From: Myxococcales bacterium
GTDB taxonomy: Bacteria > Myxococcota_A > UBA9042
Reading direction: 5' to 3'
NCBI GenBank assembly: GCA_037441385.1
Contig: JBBISH010000015.1
Coordinates: forward strand, 1 to 64,000
DNA length: 64,000 nucleotides
Made by a program: the position numbers and the translations under genes. Under the pieces are notes generated by a model. That model made no database searches. It had not been told where the DNA came from and saw only the letters and a list, made by a program, of their open reading frames with translations. Positions 8,947 to 17,090 of the stretch are shown one piece after another. Position 1 is the stretch's first letter; every line of letters starts with the position of its first letter.

Positions 8947-11034
8947 CTACTCCTCGGTCATGTCGACGGAGACGCTGGCGGTCTCGCCCGTGCGGACGGT
9001 GACGCCAACCGTTTTGCGTACGCTGCCTTTGGTGAGGACCACGGTGTACTTGCCGGCGGGCAACGTGACTTCCTTGGGCGTGAGTTCGTAGTCCTTGCCC
9101 TTGATCTCGATCTTGGCCCACGGCTTGGCATTGATCTTGACCTTGCCGGGGCCGGCGGCGGCCGGTTCCTTGGTCTTGGACTCGGTCTGCCCCACCGTGG
9201 GCGTCGGCTTGTCGCGTTGGAGCTTGAGTTCAAAGAGTTCGGCCGAGGGATTCTTGACTTCGAACTCCTTGGTCTCTGGCTTGAACCCGTCGGCCTGGGC
9301 GATGACGATCAGCTTGTCGCCCACCTTGGTTCCCGGCAGCGAGGCAGTGCCCTTGTCGAGCACGACCGGCTTGCCATTGACAGTGATCGTAGCAGTGTCG
9401 GGCTGGATCTTGAGGAGCACGGCCGGCCCCTGGGCCACGACCGGCGGCGGCACGTCGGGCTTCTTTTCGACGGCGGGGAGTTTGAGTTCGACGACCTGGC
9501 CATCGCTGGCGACGTTGACCTCTTGATCCACGCCCTTGCCGGCGTCGTTCTTGGCGATCACCTTGTGCTTGCCGGCCTCGACGGAAACGTCGCACAGTTC
9601 CTTGCCCATGCACTCGGGTTTGCCGTCGACCAGGATCTCGACCGCGCCGGGCGCTTTGACCGACAGCTTGAGCTTGGGCTTTTCGGCCGGGACAGCGGGC
9701 GCGGCCACCGCAGCGGCGGGAGGCGCCTCGGCGGGCCCCATGCCAAACTTGAGGAACGCGGCAATCGCGCCTGCGACCAGGACCGCGAGCAAGATGCCCA
9801 CGATCAGCCCCACGTTGCTTTTGGCCGGCGCGGGGGCCAAATGGCCGCCTTGCGACCCCAATGTGGCCGCATTCATCCGCACTTGCGACATCGCATCGGG
9901 CAGCGCCATGGTCCGGTCGGAATCGCCAACTTGGAGCGAGGCCCCAGGCAGGGCCATGGTGCGCTCGTCGTCGGCGGCCTGAGCCGCCGGCTGTGAACCG
10001 GTGCCCGGCTTTTTGACGGCGACGTTCGAGACGCCCTTGCGGACGCCCTCCATCATCTGCGCTTCGCTCTGGGCCTCCTGACGAAGCTGCTGAATTTCTT
10101 CGCCAAAAAGGTCGTGCATGTAGCCGTTCAGGTTGACGGCATCCGGGTCGGGAACGGCGCTGAAGAACCAGCGGTTCAGCTCGTTGACGAAGGCGCCAAC
10201 GTCTTTGTGGCGCTGATCCACTTCGCGAGCCAAGGCCTTGAGCACGATGGTGTCGAGCTCTTTGGGCACTTCGGCGTTGAGTTCGGACGGCGGCGGCACC
10301 TCGGCGCGCAGCACGTTGTTCAAAGTCTCGAAGTCGGAATCACCGACGAAAAGCCGTTTGCCGGTCAGCATCTCCCAAAGGCAGACGCCCAACGCGAACA
10401 GATCGGATCGCGGATCGAGGTTCTTGCCGCGCGCCTGCTCGGGGCTCATGTAGGCGCACTTGCCCTTGACGGTGCCGACGCGGGTCTTGGTAGAGCGCGC
10501 GGCGGCCTTGGCGATGCCGAAGTCCATGATCTTGACTTCGCCGTTGAACGACACCATCACGTTGTGGGGCGAGACGTCGCGGTGGATGATGCTGAGCGGC
10601 TGGCCGTCAACGACGCGTTTGTGGGCGTAATCCAAGCCTTTGCTCGCCTCGATCATGATGTAGACGGCCTGAGCGATCGACAGCGCCCTGCCCAGCTTGG
10701 CGCCTTGGTCGAGCACGCGCTTCAGATCGCGGCCCTCTACGTACTCCATGGCGATGTAGAACAGGCCTTCGACTTCGTCGAAATCGAAGATCTGGACGAC
10801 GTTGGCGTGGTTGAGGTGCGAGGCGACCTTGGCCTCGTCCTTGAACATGGTGACGAAGCCCTCTTCTTCGCAGAAGTGCGGAAGAATGCGCTTGATCACC
10901 ACTACTTTTTCAAAGCCCTCGGCACCCAGGCTCTTGGCGCGAAAGATCTCGGCCATGCCGCCCATGGCGATCTTGGCCGTAAGGATGTAGCGGCCGAACT
11001 GCTGCGGGAAAACCGAGGAAATACCGGTAGCCAT
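8947..11034 (-). CDS. Hanks-type Ser/Thr protein kinase with one TM helix and C-terminal PEGA-like repeats
   Basis: Motifs GGMAEIF, VVIKRIL, HRDVSPHN, DFG, YMSPEQ, DLFALG. TM segment GLIVGILLAVLVAGAIAAFL. ATG 11034 follows GGAG. Confidence 0.93.
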   Translation of the reverse strand: MATGISSVFPQQFGRYILTAKIAMGGMAEIFRAKSLGAEGFEKVVVIKRILPHFCEEEGFVTMFKDEAKVASHLNHANVVQIFDFDEVEGLFYIAMEYVEGRDLKRVLDQGAKLGRALSIAQAVYIMIEASKGLDYAHKRVVDGQPLSIIHRDVSPHNVMVSFNGEVKIMDFGIAKAAARSTKTRVGTVKGKCAYMSPEQARGKNLDPRSDLFALGVCLWEMLTGKRLFVGDSDFETLNNVLRAEVPPPSELNAEVPKELDTIVLKALAREVDQRHKDVGAFVNELNRWFFSAVPDPDAVNLNGYMHDLFGEEIQQLRQEAQSEAQMMEGVRKGVSNVAVKKPGTGSQPAAQAADDERTMALPGASLQVGDSDRTMALPDAMSQVRMNAATLGSQGGHLAPAPAKSNVGLIVGILLAVLVAGAIAAFLKFGMGPAEAPPAAAVAAPAVPAEKPKLKLSVKAPGAVEILVDGKPECMGKELCDVSVEAGKHKVIAKNDAGKGVDQEVNVASDGQVVELKLPAVEKKPDVPPPVVAQGPAVLLKIQPDTATITVNGKPVVLDKGTASLPGTKVGDKLIVIAQADGFKPETKEFEVKNPSAELFELKLQRDKPTPTVGQTESKTKEPAAAGPGKVKINAKPWAKIEIKGKDYELTPKEVTLPAGKYTVVLTKGSVRKTVGVTVRTGETASVSVDMTEE

Positions 11035-11513
11035 GCGTTCTCCGGGGTGGTCGCGACCCAATGGATCGCCCCAGGCGGACTCGATGCAGACCCAGTGCAG
11101 GAGGGCGACGCTGGTGGGCGGCGCGGAACGGCAAACCCCGGACGACGCTACGGAATTCTACCGAGCAACCGCCCAGAGTACTGCCGCCCAGAGTACTGGG
11201 TGCCGGACGGGGAGGATGCGGACCGCGTCCCTGGCATTATCGCCAACCCGCCGGGATCCAGGACGGTACCACGGGCCGCACGACCCGACAAGAACTGCGA
11301 CCGCGCAAGCGGCGCGAGACAGCCTGGATCTGCGGAGATGGGCAGGTTGGGCACGCTGACCCGGGCCCGTCCGTCCTGGGCTGGGCGCGGCCCGTTTGAT
11401 CCCCTGACCACGCCGGTGCAGCGCGGCAGTCCGCCGCTGGCGGGCGACGGGGTGGAGGCCATCTCGGGCTCGCCGCGGGGCGGCGGTGCGGCACACGGAT
11501 CGGGTGGACGTCG

Positions 11514-11798
11514 CTACGCCTCGGGATCTTTCATGTCCGAGATCAGCCGGGCCCAGATTTCGGCGTCGAGCAAACCCTCGGTGTCCGCGTCGGCGGCAAA
11601 AGTCTCGCGGTTCGACCCGCCTTGCGTGCATTCAAAGCACACCATCGATTTGACGCGCAGGGCGTTGGCGTTCATGTAGTCGTCGAGGCAGACCGAGAGC
11701 GCCAGCGTGCGGTTGCGGTGCAGGCAGCGGAAGGCGTCGTTGAGTCGGCGTGGCCGATTGGCGTCGTCGAGAATCGTGGCGGGCAGCAGTGAGGACAT
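11514..11798 (-). CDS. Small hypothetical protein with four Cys (94 aa)
   Basis: ATG at 11798 follows GGAGAAGAG. Sequence includes RCLHRNRTLALSVCLDDY...VCFECTQG; codon usage looks coding. Confidence 0.6.
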   Translation of the reverse strand: MSSLLPATILDDANRPRRLNDAFRCLHRNRTLALSVCLDDYMNANALRVKSMVCFECTQGGSNRETFAADADTEGLLDAEIWARLISDMKDPEA

Positions 11799-12221
11799 CT
11801 CTTCTCCGAGGCCGTTCGCGGCGGCCAGAAGTAGATGGCGTACCTTGCGGCGTGCTCCGGCGGACTTGCGGGGGCACAGGACAGGATACGCAGCGTGCAA
11901 CCGGTGCTCGGCGGTGCCCGCCTTGGTCTGGCCCGCTGGGTTAGCTGGGCCGGCTGGGCGGGGCGGCGAGTCTCGGTTCAACTGAACCGAAAACCGGTGG
12001 ATATTCGACCACTTCTTGCGACCTGCAGGCGACCAATTCGTGGCCGCGTCGCGCTGCGGCGCTGGACCGCAAGGGGTGGGCAGGCATCCGGGCGCGGAGC
12101 ATACAGGCGGCCGAGCCGAGGTCAAGGAGAAAACGACACGTTCGTGGCAGCCTCGTGCGATTGCCATGGCGTTGCGATGGCAAGGGGCCGTGGACGCGGG
12201 CCGGGGCGCGCGCTAGGCTGA

Positions 12222-12349
12222 TATCCGATCCGTTCAAATCGGATTGAAAAACTCGGCAATTCTTGAGGCACGAACCGGGGTCCCCTCCTGATTCTCGCCA
12301 GTTGCAGAACGGGTGGGGCCGTAGAGGCGCGAACCAGGTGGGGTTCGTA
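12222..12349 (-). mobile_element. TA-bounded ~128-bp MITE-like repeat (copy B)
   Basis: Homologous to 8280-8398 and 24219-24321. TA at both ends with imperfect inverted termini. Abuts the GGAG RBS of the gene at 12358. Confidence 0.6.
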
Positions 12350-12357
12350 GGAGTTGC

Positions 12358-14382
12358 ATGAGCAATACCCTTTGGCTTTCTGGCGCACACGGGGAGTCCA
12401 GTCAAGGCCGCAAATCGGTGCGCGGACTGGCGTTGGCCGCGGTGGCGGCTCTGACGGCTTGGTCCGCACCCGCGCAAGCCTTTGATGTGCACCGCGACGA
12501 GTCTGGGCGGGTCTTGACCTTTCCGCAGCGCAGCGTGGCCGTGTACGTGCGGCCGACCGGCCTGCCCGCGGGGGTCACCGTGCCGATGCTGCTGGGCGCA
12601 GTGGAGGCCGCGCTAGACACCTGGGCCAAGGTGCCGGGAACCCAGAGTCCGCTGGTCTTTGCCGGGCTGACCGCCGAGCCGACAGGTTTTGACGTCGATA
12701 TCGCCTTTGAGAACAAATACAAGGTAGTCGACGGCGAAGTGCTGGCCAAGACCCGCCGCTGGGCCAATAGCGACGGCAAGCTGGTGCGTGCGGAAATTCG
12801 CCTGAACTCTAGGGATGTTCAGTGGATCAAGACCACAGCGAGCAACTCGACGCAGGTGACCGCGGACTTGCAGGGGGTGTTGACGCACCACGTGGGCCAC
12901 GCGCTGGGCCTGGATCACAGCCGCCATGCCGACGCGAGCATGTACTTCTACGGCACCAGCAAAACGCTGCGCACCTTGTCCGTGGACGATCAGCGCGGCA
13001 TGCACTGGCTGTGGCCGACCACGGGCGAACACCCCCACGACGGCGGTCAATGCGACGCGTGCGAGACCGACGCCGACTGCAGCGGCGGCGCGTGCCTGGC
13101 CTGGCCCGACGGCCGGCGCAGCTGCGCCCCGGATTGCACGGGCAGCGACGACTGCGGGTTGGGCTACAGCTGCGGTCACTTCGCCTCGGGCCAGGCGTGT
13201 TTGCCCAACGACGGCGCCTGCCAGCCCGACAGCGCCAAATCGGGCCTGGGCGGGGCGTGCGCCAGCGATCTGGCCTGCGGCGCGGGCTACTGCATGCCTG
13301 CATCGCCGACCGGCTTTTGCACCGCGACCTGCGACATCTGCAACGCGCCCGGCCAGTGCTTCGATACCAGCGTGGGACCGCTGTGTTTGGTGCGCGGCAA
13401 CGCGGCGCTTGGCGAGCCCTGCTTTGTGCCCGGCGACTGCCAGAGCTTCCAATGCGCCGCGACCATGCAGGGCGGCGGGCGCTGCACCCGTAGCTGCAGC
13501 CAAGGTTGCCCCAGCAACTGGCAGTGCGGCATCGACTCGCAGTGTGTGCCGGACAAATCGCCGGGCACCTTACCGATCGGCTGGCCCTGCCGCAGCGCGT
13601 TTGACTGCCAGTCGGGCATCTGCCTGACCACCGCAGGCGGCCGCTTTGAGAAAACCTGCACGGTCAGCTGCGCGGTGGCGTCTGCCTGTCCCGTCGGCAC
13701 CGGCTGCACCGCGATCAGCGACCAAAACTGGTGCCTACCCTCGGCCCTGGCCCCAGCCACGGAGGGACTGCCCTGCCCTGCGTCGGGCCAGTGTGGCTCG
13801 GGGATGGTGTGCGACGACGGGCCCCTTCCCGACTTGCCGGTGTGCCGCAAGGCCTGCGCCCCGTTCGCGGCGGAATCGGGCTGCGCCAGCGGCCAGATCT
13901 GCGTGTTCAAAGGCGGACAGCCGGCGGTCGGCGCCTGTCGCACCCCCGTAGCCGATCGCCGCGCCGTGGGCGCACCGTGCACGGCCTACGATGTGTGCGC
14001 CGACGATCTTGTGTGTGTGGCGATGACCGCGGCCAGCGGAACCTGCCGGGCCGACTGCGATCCCAAAAGCAGCACCTGCGCCGCCAATGAACTGTGCGTG
14101 GCGTTGGCGGCCGGCGGACGCGGGGCCTGTGTGCCGGCCGGCAGCGTGACCACGGCCGATCCCCTGGCGGAAGTGGCACCCGTCAAAGAGAAGCTGCCCA
14201 ACACTGCGGCGCGCACGCTGAACCTGCCGAACGTGGTCAAAGCCAGCGTGTGGAAGCCCAAGCCGGCAAGCGCAGAGACGGCAGGTGGTTGCCAGAGCGG
14301 TGCGCCGTTGGACCGCGCGGCCGCGGCTTGGCTGTTGGCGGCGGCCGCGGCTGTGGTGCGCTGGCGGCGGCGCCGGGGCTAG
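12358..14382 (+). CDS. Secreted matrixin (M10)-like protein with a degenerate zinc motif, Cys-rich repeats and a MYXO-CTERM-like anchor
   Basis: Signal peptide ending APAQA. THHVGHALGLDHS plus a Met-turn-like ASMY. Many Cys repeats. C-terminus GGC...hydrophobic...RWRRRRG. Confidence 0.85.
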   Translation: MSNTLWLSGAHGESSQGRKSVRGLALAAVAALTAWSAPAQAFDVHRDESGRVLTFPQRSVAVYVRPTGLPAGVTVPMLLGAVEAALDTWAKVPGTQSPLVFAGLTAEPTGFDVDIAFENKYKVVDGEVLAKTRRWANSDGKLVRAEIRLNSRDVQWIKTTASNSTQVTADLQGVLTHHVGHALGLDHSRHADASMYFYGTSKTLRTLSVDDQRGMHWLWPTTGEHPHDGGQCDACETDADCSGGACLAWPDGRRSCAPDCTGSDDCGLGYSCGHFASGQACLPNDGACQPDSAKSGLGGACASDLACGAGYCMPASPTGFCTATCDICNAPGQCFDTSVGPLCLVRGNAALGEPCFVPGDCQSFQCAATMQGGGRCTRSCSQGCPSNWQCGIDSQCVPDKSPGTLPIGWPCRSAFDCQSGICLTTAGGRFEKTCTVSCAVASACPVGTGCTAISDQNWCLPSALAPATEGLPCPASGQCGSGMVCDDGPLPDLPVCRKACAPFAAESGCASGQICVFKGGQPAVGACRTPVADRRAVGAPCTAYDVCADDLVCVAMTAASGTCRADCDPKSSTCAANELCVALAAGGRGACVPAGSVTTADPLAEVAPVKEKLPNTAARTLNLPNVVKASVWKPKPASAETAGGCQSGAPLDRAAAAWLLAAAAAVVRWRRRRG

Positions 14383-14850
14383 ATAGCCGATCAAGTTAGA
14401 CTTTCTCCGCGCATCCGGGCCGTCGAAATCGGCGCGGCGAATCGCCGCAGGCGCTCGCTTGCGCTCCAGTTGGGGCTGAAGGCGCGACCGCAGAGCGAAT
14501 TGCTGAACGACTGGTCGGAAATTGATCGAGTCTCTAGAGAGCGGATCAATTTAGACATTCTCCGCGCATCCGAGCCCTCGAACTCGGCGCGGCGAGTCGC
14601 CGCAGGCGCTCGCTCGCGCCCCACTTGGGGGCTAGAGACGCGGCCAGAAGAGGAAACTACTAAACAAATGATCAGTAATTGGTCGCGTCTCTAGAGACCG
14701 GACCAATTACTGTACACTCGTTCAGTTCTTGGATGTTCTGGTCAGGTCTCTCGGTGCCAGGTGGGTCGCAAGCTCGCCCCGTTGGAGACTCGCCGCTCCA
14801 ATTGCGGCGGGTCCGGCGCGGCGAAGAACTCAAATTGACCCGCTCTCTAG
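14379..14850. mobile_element. Three tandem ~156-bp MITE-like elements separated by CTAG (third copy inverted)
   Basis: Unit-bounding CTAG at 14379, 14534, 14691 and 14847 (spacing 155, 157, 156). Each unit has inverted termini AGAGC.GATCAATT / AATTG.TCG.GTCT. Interiors are homologous; unit 3 matches as reverse complement. Confidence 0.8.
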
Positions 14851-16745
14851 ACCGTGCGGCGGCGGCGGATCAGCAGCGCGACGGCGGCGATCAGGCCAGC
14901 CAGGGCGCCCGGGAAACCGGCGCTGCCGCTGCTGCAGCTGCTGGACGACGACGACGTGGTGGTGGTCGCCGGCGTAGAGGTGGTGTCTGCGCTGCCTTTG
15001 GCATCGGCGCCGCCCGGGGCAACGATCGTGCTGGCGTGCGGATCCCACTTGACCGCCGGCAACTTGGCCTTGAACTCCGTGGTCAGGCTGGGCTTGCCAA
15101 GCGTGGCGTTGTTGAGCTCGGCGTCGACCTTGTCGGCCACGCTTTGGTCGACGGCGAGCGGAGGCCCGCTCTCGTCCAGGACCTGCAGCTTGGCCAGGGG
15201 CTGACCACCGCCAGCGACGAGCGGACCGGTGCCGTTGCCCAGACCGACCGGAGTGCCAAAGCCAGGGCCGTTCATGCAGCCTTGCTGCTCTTTGGCAATG
15301 GGCAGCGTCAGCTCGAAGCCGTCGGCAAAGGTGATCTTGGCCGAGGTGGCCGAGGTCTTGCCGGCTTCGCAGATCGGCACCGCGTCGGCCGTGTGCACGT
15401 TGTTCACCGCGGGCAGATCCGGGTTCACAGCGAAAATCGGGTCCTTGGTCATTTCTTCGGCCGAAAGGGTCGTGTACAGGCGCGTGAGCCAGCCGCCGGC
15501 CTGATATTGCTTGTCTAGCACCTTGAGCGGCTGGATGACCAGTTGATCCAGGTCCTTGGCAAAGGCGGCCGCGTCAAAGCCGGCCGCGACCGCCGCGTCG
15601 AAGTAGGCCTTGCAGCCCGAATCGGGCGAAGCGGTATTGTAGTTCTGGATGCAGCCGTAGAACTCTTGATCGCTGATGTCTTTGTAGGCGTCGGGCTTCT
15701 TGATGTACTTCTTGATCAGGTTCTGCATCTGCACCGTGCGCGGCAGCTGCATCTGGAACATCGCGGCGAGGAACTGCGCCGGATCGGTCAGGCCGGCGAG
15801 CTTGGCCACGTCCCAGCCGGGCTGGGCAAACTGCATCGAGACCTCGCTGGTCTTCTTGGCGAATTCGGTCAGGAACGCGTGGCCCGAGCCCTGATCGACG
15901 GCCTTGCTGACCACGGTCTTGTAGTTGCCACCGCTGGTGAACCAGTCGACCGCCGCCTCGTTGAGCTCGACGTGCAGGTAGTTCTTGGGGATGGCCCGCG
16001 CCTTGTCGATGACCCACGCGACGATCGGCATGTCGGGCTGAGTGGCCAGCGCGGTCAGACGGATCGGCAGGCACGGCGAATCTTCGGCGACGGTGAGACT
16101 GACGGGGACCAAGTCACCGGTACCCTTGTCTTTTTTGAGCTTCAGGGCCAGGAACACGTAGTTCTTCTGCGCGTAGCTGGTAATCAACGGCGCGGTCGAG
16201 GCCGGCTGAACAAACTTGTTGTCGTTGAGCCACTTGACGATGGCGTCGCCCGAGCTGCCTTGCAGCAGCGCGTAATCGTACGGACCCACGGAGTCCTGGG
16301 CCAACACCTTGACGCCACTGCCCCCGTCGGCGTTGGGCGGCCCGCCGCCTGCGGCAGCGTAGTAGCAGATCGGCGGCTGGCACTTGCCGTCGCCCTTCCA
16401 GTTGAGCTGGAAGCTGGGCGAGGTGTACTGCTCGAGCATTTGGAAAATGGTGTCGGAGCCGACCGCGATGTCCTTGCCGTCGGCTGTCTTTTCTGGCGCT
16501 TTGGTCAACGGCAGGACCCAGCTGAAGTTCTGATCGTCGCCCTTGTACGAGATCTGCACGTGGAGCGTGATCTTGCCGGCCTCGTGGACGTACAGAATGC
16601 GCTCGGCGCTTTGATCGACGGGCTGGGTAAAGCAGAAGAAGCCGCCGCAGGCCCAGGCGGGCATGGCAGCGAGCAGGCCAAGGCCAAGCAGGGATAGGGA
16701 GAGAAGGGTCGCGCGCAACGAGCGCGCCACGAGTCGGGGCGTCAT
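14847..16745 (-). CDS. DUF2330-like secreted protein with MYXO-CTERM-like anchor
   Basis: Signal peptide then ACGGFFC..PVDQSAERI, FSWVLP and VGPYDY motifs. C-terminus SSC..GALAGLIAAVALLIRRRR. ATG 16745 follows AGGA. Confidence 0.85.
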   Translation of the reverse strand: MTPRLVARSLRATLLSLSLLGLGLLAAMPAWACGGFFCFTQPVDQSAERILYVHEAGKITLHVQISYKGDDQNFSWVLPLTKAPEKTADGKDIAVGSDTIFQMLEQYTSPSFQLNWKGDGKCQPPICYYAAAGGGPPNADGGSGVKVLAQDSVGPYDYALLQGSSGDAIVKWLNDNKFVQPASTAPLITSYAQKNYVFLALKLKKDKGTGDLVPVSLTVAEDSPCLPIRLTALATQPDMPIVAWVIDKARAIPKNYLHVELNEAAVDWFTSGGNYKTVVSKAVDQGSGHAFLTEFAKKTSEVSMQFAQPGWDVAKLAGLTDPAQFLAAMFQMQLPRTVQMQNLIKKYIKKPDAYKDISDQEFYGCIQNYNTASPDSGCKAYFDAAVAAGFDAAAFAKDLDQLVIQPLKVLDKQYQAGGWLTRLYTTLSAEEMTKDPIFAVNPDLPAVNNVHTADAVPICEAGKTSATSAKITFADGFELTLPIAKEQQGCMNGPGFGTPVGLGNGTGPLVAGGGQPLAKLQVLDESGPPLAVDQSVADKVDAELNNATLGKPSLTTEFKAKLPAVKWDPHASTIVAPGGADAKGSADTTSTPATTTTSSSSSSCSSGSAGFPGALAGLIAAVALLIRRRRTV

Positions 16746-16868
16746 GATCGGTTCCTGATGGGACTCACCGGCGGTCCAGCGTCCTCTAGGGTATGGCCGG
16801 CCGGGCAATTGGTCAAAGCTCTGACTGGATCGCCGGTTGGCGCCGGGGTCTGCTCGCCGCAGTGCGGC

Positions 16869-17090
16869 TCAATTGGGCAGATCGTCGCCGCCTTGGCCCA
16901 GTTCGCCCGTCGACGGCCCGTCGCGCTCGGTCTCGTCCGGGCCCGCAGGGATGCGGTAGCTCTCTGTCAGCCACTCGCCCAAATCGATGGTGCGGCAGCG
17001 GGCGCTGCAAAACGGGAACACCGGGTTGACGCTGCGTTCGGCGACGGGGCCGCGGCAAGTGGGGCACTGGGGGCTGGACGGGTTACTCAT
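16869..17090 (-). CDS. yacG: DNA gyrase inhibitor YacG
   Basis: CPTC...FPFCSARCRTIDLGEW..ESYRIP zinc-binding signature; start overlaps the upstream permease stop. Confidence 0.9.
   Translation of the reverse strand: MSNPSSPQCPTCRGPVAERSVNPVFPFCSARCRTIDLGEWLTESYRIPAGPDETERDGPSTGELGQGGDDLPN

Noticed and set aside
11169..11198. Direct repeat CCGCCCAGAGTACTG x2
   Set aside because: Only two copies; most simply a slippage duplication inside a degenerate intergenic repeat.
14379..14850. CRISPR array or integron attC cassette array
   Set aside because: Units are homologous along their whole length, so there are no unique spacers. I saw no attC-type ends, and no cas or intI gene is present.
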